Position numbers and translations under genes: made by a program. DNA of 64,000 bases. Origin: Eledone cirrhosa. Lineage: Eukaryota. How positions within the stretch are numbered: the stretch's first letter is position 1; each line of letters opens with the position of its first letter. Below the pieces are notes generated by a model. It saw nothing but the letters and a program-made list of their open reading frames with translations, searched no databases and had not been told where the DNA came from. This document shows positions 1 through 12,929 of the stretch, piece after piece. The DNA is taken from NCBI GenBank assembly GCA_964016885.1, contig CAXHJY010001490.1:1-64000 (forward strand), in the 5' to 3' direction.

Positions 1-1198
1 TACATAAATACAACCACATACATATACATACATACACACACACAGACACATACAGACAAAAATACATACCCACAAACACACACAGACAAACACATACATA
101 CACAGACACAAACACCAACAAACACACACACACAAATAAACATACACACACATACAGACAAACACACACTCAAACACAGACAAACATGCACACATACACA
201 TATACATACACAATTCTTGTTGATTCTTCCATTTGATTTATTGACTTTAGTCAGCTGAGAGGCTTAGCTTTTGGCACAATTATGATTTTTTTTCTCATGT
301 AACACTACTAGCTGGACAGATGTAGTAGAGGACAACATTCCTAGATACAAATCTTGTTCATCCTGCTACTTGACATATTGAGTTTACACTGTCTTGGACT
401 ATCAATAGACTTAAGTGAACCATGACAACTTTTAGTCCAATTATTAGTAGCAGTTTCTCATACTAATGTAAGGACATAGTGGGGAACTAATAAGATGTCA
501 TGGGCACCTAATTCCTGTTTGTTCCACCACTTGACAGATTAAAGAGCATTGATTGGTTTCCACGACACATTTACTGAACCATGTCAACCTCAACCTTTGG
601 CGCAACTATTACTTTTTTGTAATGATATTAATGTATGGAGAAGATTCTATCTTTAATCATGTGATCAACCTTAACCAATCAAATTGCACTTTAAACAGAA
701 AGCCATGTTCTCTTCATAAAAATGAGACAATTTTTGAACTCCTGTCAGTTATAGCATAGCTCCACATATTTCCACCTCACTTAACTTTTGATAATCATGA
801 AATTGTGAAACTGGTTAAATTCTTGTAAACAAATTTTCTTAAAAACTCCAAATTCATTTTCAACTTCTTTTCTTTATATTTCTACCTCTCTGATATAAAA
901 AAAAATTTCTTTCCTATAGAAATACTTTCAACCACCTTAATTGATATACTTTTTAATATCTTTCCTTTTTCCCCACATACATAATAGGGTAACCTATATT
1001 ACTCAACTCCATAACTTTATATAAACATTTCTATATTATATACCATCACATAATACCATACATCTGCTATAGTACACACACACTAACACGTGTACACCTG
1101 CTTTGTTATTTCAAATTTACAGCTTTGAGTTATTTCCCTTTGTTATAATACATTTTTGTAAACAAGCATTTTAACGTACTATACTTTTATCGGGATCT

Positions 1199-1288
1199 AA
1201 GCACCTGAAGATTAGGTCACAAATTTGATACCCTCTTACAATTTGCAATCATGGTCAATATTGGGCCTTGAAACCTTAGGTAGCACTT
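1199..1288 (+). ncRNA. Decayed hammerhead ribozyme motif at the end of a possible Penelope-like remnant
   Basis: AAGCAC-CTGAAGA-tt AGGTC...GGCCT t-GAAACC tta GGTA-GCACTT. Stem I has two mismatches, explained by CpG-to-CpA decay of AAGCGC/GCGCTT. Confidence 0.5.
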
Positions 1289-1320
1289 TTGTTCCTTGTT
1301 TGAACACAAATAAGTAATAT

Positions 1321-1751
1321 AATTGTTTCTACTTTAGGCACAAGGCCAGCAAATACCCAGTGCATTACTGGTACTTTATTTTATCGACCCCGTAAGGATG
1401 AAAGGCAAAGTCAACCTCGGCGGGATTTGAACTCAGATCGTAAAGGGACGTAACTATGCTGGAAAGCATGGCGCCCGACCCTCTACCGATACTGCCAATC
1501 CAAAGTAATATAATAATAATTGTTACTACTTTTGGCACAAGGCCAGCAAATACCCAGTGCATTACTGGTACTTTATTTTATCAACCCGGTAAGGATGAAA
1601 GGCAAAGTCAACCTTGGCGGGATTCGAACTCAGAATGGCAAGGGCCGTAATTCTATGCGGCAAAGCATGGCGTCCGACCCTTTACCGATACTGCCAATCC
1701 ACCGCCCTTAATAATATAATAATAATAATAATTGTTTCTACTTTTGGCACA
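1321..1751 (-). mobile_element. Tandem copies of tRNA-derived SINE family A (two near-full copies plus a tail fragment)
   Basis: Repeated ttgtttctacttt(a/t)ggcacaaggccagc...gggatttgaactcag...ctaccgatactgccaatcc. Minus strand shows A/B-box-like TGGCAGTATCGG and GAGTTCAAATCCC, with (TAA)n/(TTA)n spacers. Confidence 0.8.
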
Positions 1752-1908
1752 ATAAATATATATATATATACACATATATCAGCTTCCAACCCAGATTGAA
1801 CTCTGTTTTCCCTCTTCCCTTTCACACCTACATATATTTGCTACAAGCACACACTCCATATATCTATCCATCTGTCTGTGTGTCTGTCAGACATTTCTCA
1901 ATACCTAC

Positions 1909-2113
1909 CATATGTCTCTATATGTCTGAAACATGCCAGCACAATCTGTGGTACCATTGGTCCATCTCCAGATAGATGCTGTAGGTTTTCATCATTGATG
2001 TTTTCTCTTCCTGATATTGATAATGATAAAGCCTCAATGAGGCTGGAACTAGCATCTGTCTGTTCAGGGTTACCTTCTGACTCGGACAAGGAGTCAGTGC
2101 TGCCGGCATGGAA
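1909..2113 (-). CDS. ARHGAP6: ARHGAP6-like RhoGAP exon, start of RhoGAP domain; gene continues beyond window start
   Basis: ttctag|TTC...TAT G|gtaggt; 205 nt; FHAGSTDSLSESEG...SSLIEALSLS...VPQIVLACFRHIETY(G) resembles ARHGAP6 SVDSI..SRLLEALQLS..VPRLVDSCCQHLEKHG. Confidence 0.88.
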
Positions 2114-2170
2114 CTAGAAAAGAAACGGAATTTATTGAACAAACAACTACTTATGTTATTATGGCTGGAG

Positions 2171-2500
2171 GAATGTTAGTGGGGGAATGTTAGTGGGGGA
2201 ATGTCAGTGGGGGAATGTTAGTGGGGGAATGTCAGTGGGGGAATGTTAGTGGGGGAACGTCAGTGGGGGAATGTTAGTGGGGGAATGTTAGTGGGGGAAC
2301 GTTAGTGGGGGAACGTTAGTGGGGGAACGTTAGTGGGGGAACGTTAGTGGGGGAATGTTAGTGGGGGAACGTCAGTGGGGGAATGTTAGTGGGGGAATGT
2401 TAGTGGGGGAATGTTAGTGGGGGAATGTCAGTGGGGGAATGCCAGGAATGTCAATGGGGGAATGCCAGGAATGTCAATGGGGGAATGCCAGGAATGTCAG
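2171..2500 (+). repeat. 14-bp G-rich minisatellite (GGGGGAATGTTAGT)n
   Basis: Direct tandem units with G5 tracts, degenerating at the 3' end. Confidence 0.95.
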
Positions 2501-3106
2501 GAAAGTCAAATTTATGGTCTGGTGTCTATGTTAGTAATTATTAATAATTATTTAAGACAGCAAATTGTGAGAGTCGTTAGGAAATTAGATAAAACACTGT
2601 AAGGCCTTCATTCCATCTCTCTGGTTCAAATCCCAGTCAGGTTAACACTGTATTTCTTTCAGGGATGATAAAACAAAATAGTTGTCCAGGGTAAAATTTG
2701 ACTCTTTATATTCTAGGTTCAAGTTCCAGCCAGGAATTCTAATCCCACAGATGGTCAAGGTTGACCATGGAACGATGGCTAATTATGAAAGGTGAAATGG
2801 ATGGAGAAGGATTGGGACTATCAGCTTTACAGGTAGATGATGATGATGACGATGACAATGACAATGACGATGACGATGATGATGATGATAATGGTGATGT
2901 TGATGGTGGCGGTTATGATGATAGTAATGATGATGGTGATGATATTGATGATGGTGATGTTGATGATGGTTGTGATGGCCGGGCCTTTTCAGGACATTTC
3001 ACACGGGTGACCAAGCTGAGACAGGTATAACAAGGGGTGAGGAGGTGGTCAGGGGGTGGAGAAGGAGTGGTGGGGGATGGAGAGGAGGAAGAGCTGAAGT
3101 ACTCAC

Positions 3107-3200
3107 AGAGCGGTTGTTTGAAGTGTCCAGTGGATGAGTGGTGTTACCATTGTGTCCAGTTAAAGCTTCCGTAGAACCTTCCGAAGATGTACATGGTTGC
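3107..3200 (-). CDS. ARHGAP6: ARHGAP6-like RhoGAP exon (low-complexity linker)
   Basis: ttctag|G...TCT|gtgagt; 94 nt, phase 2 to 0; (K)QPCTSSEGSTEALTGHNGNTTHPLDTSNNRS. It bridges the phases of the flanking exons exactly. Confidence 0.8.
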
Positions 3201-3279
3201 CTAGAAGAGAGGCAGAGGAGGCAGCATTTAGTGAATCATTAAAAGAAGAAGAAGAAGAAGAAGAGGGGGGAAAGGGAAA

Positions 3280-3905
3280 AATTATCCAAATATAAAGATC
3301 TAGAGATAGAAATAACCTGAATGTGGAATCAGAAACAATCCCAATAATAATAAGTGCTCTGGGAATGATAAACAACAACAACACAGCCAGATACATAGAA
3401 GACCCCATGACTTACCAATATATACAACATACAGAAAATAGTACTACTAGGTACTGTATATATATTACATAGAAGACCCCAGGACTTACCAATATATACA
3501 ACATACAGAAAATAGTACTACTAGGTACTGTATATATATTATGAAAAGTACTCTCAACACAGACATGATAGAGTTTGGACCTTCATACACTGGAAGTTAT
3601 GCCAGCATTATGAAATACCAACAGAAAAAAGAGGGTATAAACACACACCAGACAAAGTGTCAGAGAATGACAAAGCAACCATTCTCTGGGATATGCCAAT
3701 AGATACAGACAGAGAGATCAAACCCAACCAACTAACCAACCAGATATTGTTGTCAAGGACCACAAAGAAAAAATATGCCTTCTAATAGATGTATCAATCC
3801 ACACAGACGACAATATGTCTTCCAAGGAAATAGAGAAACTCTCCAAATATAAAGATCTAGAAATAGAAATAAGTCAAATGTGGAAAATGAAAACAGAAAC
3901 AATCT
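3280..3905 (+). mobile_element. Decayed and rearranged R4/Dong-like RLE fragments (another at ~4700-4860)
   Basis: Remnants of NQPDIVVKDHKEKICLLIDVSI..KYKDLEIEISQMWKMK and PIIISALG; internal 66-bp tandem duplication at ~3394-3540. Confidence 0.6.
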
Positions 3906-4029
3906 ATAATATAATGATTTCTTTATTAAAAAAACAATCTATAATATAATAAAAGGAGAAGCGCAGGACAACATCTGTTTTATATTTTTTATCCCATTAG
4001 TAAAATATGTTGGATTACTTTCAATAAAT

Positions 4030-4283
4030 AATTGTTTCTACATTTGGCACAAAGCCAGCAATTACCCAGTGCATTACTGGTACTTTATTTTATCGACCCC
4101 GTAAGGATGAAAGGCAAAGTTAACCTCGGCGGGATTTGAAGTCAGATCATAAAGGGCCATAACTCTATGCTGCAAAGCATGGTGTCTGACGGTCTAACGA
4201 TACTGATGAATGGATATTATGTAATAAAGTACCAGTAATGCACTGGGTAATTGCTGGCCTTGTGCCTAAAGTAGAAACAATTA
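4030..4283 (-). mobile_element. SINE family A copy followed by an inverted copy of its own 3' end
   Basis: 4030-4205 matches 1321-1500; 4223-4283 is the reverse complement of ~4030-4089. Confidence 0.75.
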
Positions 4284-5002
4284 TGTAATTTATCTACTAA
4301 ATTTCGTAGCTGTTGATTAAACATAAATATTCTTATATATAAAGTATTGCTTATTTTAAGATTCACTTCTTTAAAATTTTCAAATGTCAACACTTCCGGT
4401 TAGAGTCCGTTATATAGTAACACTTACTACATCACTTATATAAACGTTCAGATATTTGCATCGTTATATAATGTTTATATTTCTGTCGCTAATTTTCTCC
4501 TTTTTCATTTTTATAACATTTTAGTTTATTATATATGCAGTTTATATATAATATTGTCTTTTTTAATATATCATGGATTACTTTACAGATTACAGAAGAC
4601 AGTGTAACATAGACTTCGTTCAATTTCTGTGCATATTGCCAATTACGATTTCATTTGACATATCATATCTACATGCCTATAATATCCATATGCACATGCT
4701 ATCAGAAAACCACCTAGTACCTATAATAATAAGTGCTCTAGAAATGATAAAAAGACACACAGACAAATACATAACCAAAACCCCAGGACTTACAAATATA
4801 TACAGCATCCAAAAGATGGCAATACTAGGAACTGCACACATTATCAAAAGTACTATCAATAGAAACAACATCAGGAAAAACTACACTGCTCATACCCAAG
4901 GCGCACAGAGCTCAGCTCGGCAAAGCAGTAATGATGTGCAAGAAGAAGAAAAAGAAAAAGAAAAGAAAAAGAAAAAGAAAAAGAAAAAGAGAAAAAGAAA
5001 AG

Positions 5003-5408
5003 AACACAATAGGCCTGACCTGGTGGTTTTGGGCAAGGAAAAAAGATTGTGCCTGATTGTAGATGTAGCCTGCCCATTTGACACGAGAGTGCAAGAAAAG
5101 GAGAATGAGAACATTAACCGATACCAGGATTTAAAGTGGGAGGTAAAAAGGATTTGGAACTGCCATGAAATCAAGGTCATCCCAATTGTCATAGGAGCAC
5201 TAGGTACTATCTCAAAGAGTTTCCAAGGATGGTTAAAGAAGATTAGTCCAGCCTCGCTTTTTGGAACACTTCAAAAGGCATGCTTGCTGGGAACAGCAAG
5301 AACCCTCCGATATGTCCTGAATATCTGAGGCTGCAGGTAACGGCTTGATATTCATTTCAATAAACTTTCCAATTAAATAGACTCAAAGAATAATAATAAT
5401 AATAATAA
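5003..5408 (+). mobile_element. 5'-truncated Dong/R4-like non-LTR retrotransposon 3' end (restriction-like endonuclease, 3'UTR, (TAA)n tail)
   Basis: HNRPDLVVLGKEKRLCLIVDVACPFD...RYQDLKWEVKRIW...IPIVIGALG...LQKACLLGT: PD-(D/E)xK RLE motif typical of the R4 clade; ends in (TAA)n. Confidence 0.8.
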
Positions 5409-5409
5409 T

Positions 5410-6025
5410 CTAGACAGATCAAGATTAATCGTGGAATATTCCAAGGCAACTCATTGTCCCCTTTGCTGTTCTGTATATCACTTGCTCCGTTAAGTCAGTT
5501 ACTGCTGAGGACAGGCTATGGATATAAAATAGACAACAGACACTAGAGTCACCTTCTTTATATGGATGATATCAAGCTATTTGGAAACAGTGATGGGCAG
5601 CTGGAAGGTTTACTGCACACAATGAAACAATTCAATGATGATATCCATATGGAATTTGTAGTGGACAAGTGTACAAAAGCCACATTCAAGAGAGTGTTGC
5701 TCTCTAACCATAAAGTTATTGTCATAGACCAACAAACTACCATAAAGGAACTTAATGAAGAGTTCTACAAATATCTTGGAGTTAATGAAGGAGATGGAAT
5801 CCAGCATGCAAATATGAAGGAAAAGATATGGAAGGAGTACATAAGGAGAGTGAGACTGGTAACAAAAAGTGAGCTAAACTCCTGCAACAAGTTCAAAGCC
5901 GTTAACAGTCCCACAGTACCAGTTATAACACACAGCTTTAACATCATAAACTGGAACCTGCAAGCACTACAAAGGTTGGACACTAAGACACTATTGACAA
6001 CGGGAAAAAATGCACCACCCTAAAG
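5410..6025 (+). mobile_element. Dong/R4-like reverse transcriptase fragment
   Basis: GIFQGNSLSPLLFCISLAPL...SHLLYMDDIKLFG...YKYLG motifs. Confidence 0.75.
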
Positions 6026-6075
6026 CCAATGTACATATGCTGTATATCTCAAATACCCACATATATGTATATATC

Positions 6076-6700
6076 ATCATCATCATCATTTAATGTCTAT
6101 TTTCCATGCTAGCATGGGTTAGTTAGGTCAAGTGGTCTTGTCTTGTTCATACAGAACTGGTTTTGGCTTGGTTTCTAGGGCTGGATGCCCTTCCTAACAC
6201 CAACCACATTTACAGTGTGTGCTAGGTGCTTTTTGTTGTGATACCAACACGACCACTTTACAGTGTGGGTTGGGCGCTTTTTGTTGTGGCACCAGTGTGG
6301 ACTGGGGACTAGGCAGGGTGTGTAAAGGCATGGGAGAAGGGTGGGGCAATTAGGATATGGGTGGCGTGTTAGGACATAGGAGGTGTATGGACGGAGGAGG
6401 AAGGAGAGCGGTTAAATGGTGCATACTAGATGTATGCTTCAACCCATGGGAAGGTGGGTCTTCTGTATTACCACATACCAACGATCTCAATCCTATATCA
6501 TCGCCTTTGAGAGGTCCAATTGCACAAGGTCAGCTTTTATCCCAGGTCATCCTAGGTCTTCCTACACCATAGCTTCCATCAACTTTGAACGCCCTGCACC
6601 TTTTAATACAGCTGTCATCTTTCATATGCCTCACATGGTCATACCACCAATACAATCTCCTCTCCTGCACACTGCATCTGATCCCTCTTATGCCCAGTTT
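6076..6700 (-). mobile_element. RTE LINE subfamily A 3' end (similar short ends at 10258-10815 + and 17570-17870 +)
   Basis: (CAT)n tail, ccatgctagcatgggtt, ggatgcccttcctaacaccaaccac and WYDHV-coding remnant. Confidence 0.75.
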
Positions 6701-6711
6701 CTCTCTCTCTC

Positions 6712-6765
<54 letters not shown>

Positions 6766-7231
6766 ACATGGGTGTGTGTGTATGTGTGTGTGTGTATAGA
6801 GACGCACTCACACACACAGGCACAACCTCAGTACATCCACCACAAGCAACACTCCCAAGCAACCATTCTCCCTACCCCCCACTCTGTTCCCCTCTTTTCT
6901 TCCATCTTCAATTCTGTTAGGAAGAGCCATGAAGAGATTGGTAGAGATGATTTGGTAGAATTTACGGCCATATTTCGAATTTTCATCTTTAAGATTTCTT
7001 GACATTTATGAAGGAGCAACATTAAAGTTCAGCTGAATTGTCAACAATGTGACAATCTACTCAGGTTGAGAACCATATTGATTGATTTCAACCACAAGAC
7101 ACACAGACAAACTTCTGTAGTAGTTAGAATTCTTTCCTTCTTTCTTTGGCCCCCTCAACTCCTGATAGTGACTTATGGGTGCTGTCAGGAGATATGATAT
7201 GCCATTGCTATTATATATCTAGCAGAACCCA

Positions 7232-7530
7232 GTTATGGACATATAGATATAGTGAGATTAAACCTAGAATCAAGTCATAGACATATAGATATAGTGAGAT
7301 TAAACCTAGAATCAAGTCATGGACATATAGATATAGTGAGATTAAACCTAGAATCAAGTCATGGACATATAGATATAGTGAGATTAAACCTAGAATCAAG
7401 TCATGGACATATAGATATAGTGAGATTAAACCTAGAATCAAGTTATGGACATATAGATATAGTGAGATTAAACCTAGAATCAAGTTATGGACATATAGAT
7501 ATAGGGAGATTAAACCTAGAATCAAGTGAT
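7232..7530. repeat. 42-bp minisatellite, ~7 copies
   Basis: Unit ggacatatagatatagtgagattaaacctagaatcaagt(c/t)at. Confidence 0.95.
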
Positions 7531-7842
7531 TATAAAGCAAACTTTTGATACTAACTCACCCCAAACCACCTCTGGTTCTATGTAACAAAACCATTTCAAA
7601 AGGTTCCTATTTAATTTCAAATATTCTGACATAATTTGATATAAGAATCTTTTTGTTAAGTTGTTTTACAAATATCAACTAAAAAATGAAATAATTTTAG
7701 GAAATTCCTCCAAATTCTTTGTTAATTAATTAGAAATTTAGCAAAAAAAAAAAGGTTAATGACTACACAGAACACTCGGAATATAAAAGGTCACAACTTT
7801 ACTGTTGTAGCTGTTTTATAGTGAAATACAATTCTCACTTAC

Positions 7843-7966
7843 TTCAGCTCACGTTTTTCTGCTGCCACTCCAGGGGACTTGTTGCGCCGCTTCTTCAAAT
7901 TGTTTTCATTTGCAATACATCTTGCCAATGGAATTTCAAAGACCAAGCCGACAGGTCGCGGTTCCT
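7843..7966 (-). CDS. ARHGAP6: ARHGAP6-like RhoGAP exon
   Basis: ttacag|AG...CTG AA|gtaagt; 124 nt, phase 1 to 2; EPRPVGLVFEIPLARCIANENNLKKRRNKSPGVAAEKREL. VFEIPLARCIANE matches the FGxPLxxxIAND motif that precedes the RhoGAP domain in this family. Confidence 0.85.
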
Positions 7967-8748
7967 CTGTAACAAAAACAAAACAAATTAGGAGCAAATT
8001 AGAAACTTTTGTTGTTTTGGGGTTAGATCAATAAAGTAAGAACTAATGGTGATTGATCATTAAAACATTGCTAGAGGGGGCTTGTAGTATTTGTTCTGGA
8101 TTTGTGGGTTCAAATCCAGCCTCCTGTCATTGGAATGGGGCCCCCTTTCATCATAACTCACAAGAAACCTCCTATGGCATGCCATAGGAAGCCAGCTATA
8201 GGTGTCAGCTGTAACAACAACAACAACATGAGAGGACTCCTATGAGATACAACCTTGTAGGGGGCCAACTATAGGTGTCAGCTGTAACAACATAATAGGA
8301 CTGGGACCCTCTATCATTAAATCTCCTGAGAGATCACATAACAAAGGTAGAAATTTTCACACAGAGCAGTCACATCTCTATGTTCAGGTAGGAAACCAGT
8401 AATTGACATTGACTGGTCATCAAATCCGGCATCTAATTACTAACTTCCATGCTGAGTGTCTTCTGTTATATCAACTTCCAGGAGGTCACCACAAGAGACA
8501 AAGACCGAAGACCACATTTCAAAGTATGGTCACAAAAGAACTGAATGTCACTACAATTCAGGAAAAAGCCAATGATAGAAATGTTTGGACAGCTTTTATT
8601 TAATCTTCCTCATGACATAATGACATTATTTTAATATGGTTTATGTATGTACACATATTTGTGTTCTATTATTTCATTTCAAATAATAGATATTGATTGT
8701 GATTGATTGATTGTCTTTGAAAATGTTAATATTTCAAGAGAACTTTAC

Positions 8749-8829
8749 CTTTCTGTGATAGAAGACCTCCCAAGTTCACAGACTGAGACCGTTTTTTCAG
8801 CCGCTTCTGTCGCTTCGCATCCACACATG
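8749..8829 (-). CDS. ARHGAP6: ARHGAP6-like RhoGAP exon (basic segment)
   Basis: ttgcag|CA...AAA G|gtaaag; 81 nt, phase 1 to 1; (A)CVDAKRQKRLKKRSQSVNLGGLLSQK(E); in frame with both neighbours. Confidence 0.8.
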
Positions 8830-9944
8830 CTGCAAGTAAAGAAAGAAATATTATTCCAATTTTTGTGTCAAGTTGCAACATCAAGATCGGTTTCATGTTC
8901 ATCATGGGATCATTTCTGTGGCAATGTTTGGATAGGTGGGGGCGCCCTTGGGGCCCTTGGGGCCATGTCTGGCACCAAAACTCTTAGTCACATCTTCCAT
9001 ATGCAGGGTGGTAGTTTACATATTTTAAACAATATATGTATTCACATATATATATGAGTAAAATGAAATGATGATGATGATGATGATATACATACATATA
9101 TATATATAGATACATGATGGCGGCAGCTTGCTTTCGAGTAATGCCATCACTTGATACTTAAGCATGAGCATCACAGATGTGGATTTTCAGTTCAACTAGG
9201 GACTTGCCTGTGGCCAGCAATATCATTCATCGCAATAAATGTCACATATCAAGCAATGCCTGTGTTTGAAGATTTTTTAAGTGAGGAAAGGCTTTGCACG
9301 GGGCCAGTCCCACTTTCTGAACATTGAATGTATTTACCCCAAAAAGAAGAACTGGTCTACATCATTGGATGTAAATGAAGTCGTAGGTTTTATATCAGAG
9401 TGACCTTCTCCAAGAGAGATGTCTTAAGGAAGACTAGGAGTCTCTCACTCCACAAAAAAGGTACTTTATTCGATGGCTGTTGACTTTCTTACATGTATAT
9501 ACATATTTACACATTTTTGGATGGCCGTTGACTCTTATGAGTTCTTCTGCCCTTTGTCAGGTTTTATTTTTTGTCCTGCAGGGTGTCCAAAATCACCAAG
9601 TAAACTTGGTGGGGTTGCTGGTTTAGTCACTGACGACCCGACCATGTGACAGGTTGTACTGGGTTAAATGTTACCTGTAGCACTCAAGAGTGCATACATA
9701 CATAGATACATTCATACATAGATACATACATATATACAATCAAACATTCAGATAGATAGACAAACATACATATATACATACATATATACATACATGCAGA
9801 CAGACAGATAGACAAACATACAGACAGACAGACAGACAGGCAGGCAGAGATAGAAATAGAGTGATAGATAGACCAAGAGACAGATATATAGATAGACTGA
9901 TGGACATACAGTGAGACAGATGTAAAATGAAGAAATAAGCAAAC

Positions 9945-10104
9945 CTTTTGGAATCTCTATGGTACAATCTGGCATAATTTTTTGTGCTTTGGTTAGTGCT
10001 ACTTTTCTCAGAGCTTCTTGTTCAACTGCCTTGGTCAATGTGAGGATACTAACAGGTTGTAGGATAACCTTACGGCCACTAACACTTCCCCACGTACAGC
10101 AACC
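9945..10104 (-). CDS. ARHGAP6: ARHGAP6-like RhoGAP exon (N-terminal conserved region)
   Basis: ttgtag|GGT...AAA G|gtttgc; 160 nt, phase 0 to 1. GCCTWGSVSGRKVILQPVSILTLTKAVEQEALRKVALTKAQKIMPDCTIEIPK resembles ARHGAP6 GDFTWNSMSGRSVRL..LSELERARLQEVA...CQITIPK. Confidence 0.85.
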
Positions 10105-10999
10105 CTACAATGTGGAACAACCACAAAATAGACGGCTACTTTTAACAACAATGAAAACAAAACAAAAACAAAACATATGAAAGAATAAAGTTTGTTTATC
10201 CAGAAGATGTGAAGTGGTTTAATGAAAACATTAAAATAATTCATTTGTATAAAAAAAAGTGCAGGGGGATCAAAATAGACGGTAGCTACGGAGTAGGCAA
10301 ACCCAGAAAAACCTTGGACAACTTGATAAAATCCGAGCTCACACGCTTACACCTCTCCAAGACAATGTCACTGGACCGAGATCTTTGGCGCTACGTAGTA
10401 ATACAGAAGACCCGCCTTGCCTAAGTACAAAGCGAAACCTACAGTCAGTAGGCACCTTAACCAAAATACACCCCCACCCCCCGCCCCACTAACCCTACCC
10501 CCACCGCCATCTACACCACCCCTTTCGTTGTAAAGATATGTTGGTACCACAACATCCAGTCCTAAATAAATGGGGTCGTGTAGGTGTCACGACAAAAAAA
10601 ACTCACAGTCCACGCTGTAATGTAACCGTGTAGGTAACACGGTAAAAACCTCCCAGTCCACACTGTAAACGTGGTTGGTGTTGGGAAGGGCATCCAGCCG
10701 CAGAAAACCCGCCAAACAGTCCTGAGCAAGACAACCAATGTTGCCTCAAGTGGGACAATTCCCATCCAGACCCATGCTAGCGTGGAAAATGGACGTTAAA
10801 CGATGATGATGATGATTGTAGATATTGGGAGTTTCAGTGAACCAGGGAAAATATGTATACTGTATGGAGGAGCAGAAATATTGGATGGTTCTCTTTCAAC
10901 TAGGGAGCTCCCACATGTGGATGAGGAGAAATGTGGGGTGTCTGACATGGCCTAAAGTGTGTTTTACCCACATGTGGATAAGCACACTGACTTGATTTA

Positions 11000-11235
11000 A
11001 TTAGTGGGTTCCCTCCGGTGGGTAGGTGGGTAACCCCCCTGTGGGTAGGTGGGTTCCCCCCTCTGGGTAGGTGGGTAACCCTCTGTGGGTAGGTGGGTAA
11101 CCCTCTGTGGGCAGGCAGATTCTCCCCGGTGTGTAGGTGGGTTCGCCCCGGTGGGTAGGTGGGTTCCTCCCTGTGGGTAGGTGGGTTCCCTCCGGTGGGT
11201 AGGTGTGTTATCCCCTGTGAGTAGGTGGGTAGGTG
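11000..11235 (+). repeat. ~22-bp G-rich minisatellite
   Basis: Unit approximately GTGGGTAGGTGGGTAACCCTCT. Confidence 0.85.
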
Positions 11236-11608
11236 AGTAACCTGAAATGTTTTTCTTATAATAAATTGCATCAACACCAACACCACAAAACACCACACCA
11301 CATTACACCACACTACACCAACACTACACCACACCACCTTACACTACACCACACCAAGACCATACCAACAACACACCACACTACACTACACCACACCACA
11401 CCAACACCACAACACACCACACTACACCAACAACATACCAAACCACACCACACCACACCTCAGCAACACCACAACATTGTGATGATGATGGTGGTGATGA
11501 TGATGTTGATGGCGGTGATGGTGGTGATGGTGGTGTATAATGAACTTCTTTACAGTTTCCATCTACCAAATTCACTCATAAGGCATTGGGCAGACAGATA
11601 TATATATT

Positions 11609-11726
<118 letters not shown>

Positions 11727-12872
11727 TGTAGTGAGACAGTTTGATAGCTGGGCAGAGTGATAAACAACAGGACACAGATATCTAGAGAGAGAGAGGGAGG
11801 TGGATATAGGGAGAGAGAGCATATGTGAGAGAGGGAGAGAGAGTATATATGTGTGAGAAAGAGGGGGAGAGAGTATGTGTGTGAGAGAGAGAGAGGGGGA
11901 AAGAGTATATGTGTGAGAGGGAGAGAGAGTATATGTGTGAGAGAGAGGGGGGGAAGAGAGTATGTGTGTGAGAGAGAGCGAGAGAGAGTATATATGTGTG
12001 AGAGGGAGAGAGAGTATATGTGTGAGAGGGAGAGAGAGTATATGTGTGAGAGGGAGAGAGAGTATATGTGAGAGAGAGAGAGGGAGAGAGAGAGGGAGAG
12101 AGAGTATATATGTGTAAGAGAGGGAAGGAGAGGAAGTATATATGTGTGAGAGGGAGAGAGAGTATATATGTGAGAGAGAGAGTGAGAGAAAGTATATGTG
12201 TGTGAGAGAGAGAGAGGGAGAGAGAGTATATATGTGTGAGAGAGGGGGAGGTGAGCAACATCCTATGTCTTTCATTTAGTGAAGTAGTTTATTGGGAAGT
12301 AAAACAGCCAAACTATGGCATTTCTCCAGAAGGGGAAGAAATTCTGATGGAACCATCATAACCAATTCTTCAATTTCTCATTCTTCTTTCCTCTACTTTA
12401 CAAAATCTCCTTCAACTTCCTCCACCCCAGTTCTACCCTCTCCTTTACCAATGATAATTCTACCATCCTTCACCCCCCCCCCCCCTTTATTTCCTTCACC
12501 CCTCCCACATTCCTCACTCCTTCATCAACATCACAATTTCCTTCAACAATAATTTACATGTTATGTCTGTTGTCTAATGTGTTTCTGTTGAAAGACACCC
12601 ACAAATCTTGTCCATTCTTTTCTTATCATTTCCCATGCATCTTACCAACAGAGCTGCTCCAATCTGTTTCACAAACTGACATTACAAGTGCAATAACAGC
12701 ATAATGCACAAAATTGCATACAAGCAAGGTGGCTGGTGAGGCAGTGATGCAGTTGTTTGTTTATTTTATGTAACTGTTTTTCTGTGTGCATTTTCTGCTG
12801 ATACTACATGTATATCTCACTCATATATATATACATACACACACATGCATACATATACACTTACACACATGC

Positions 12873-12917
<45 letters not shown>

Positions 12918-12929
12918 TATACACACATA

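Noticed and set aside
1440-1710. tRNA genes at SINE heads (also 20367-20440)
   Set aside because: Only A/B-box-like motifs attached to SINE bodies; no complete cloverleaf can be supported.
4573-5328. 251-aa ORF as a host gene
   Set aside because: Chance fusion of AT-rich sequence, two retrotransposon endonuclease fragments and a GAAAAA repeat.
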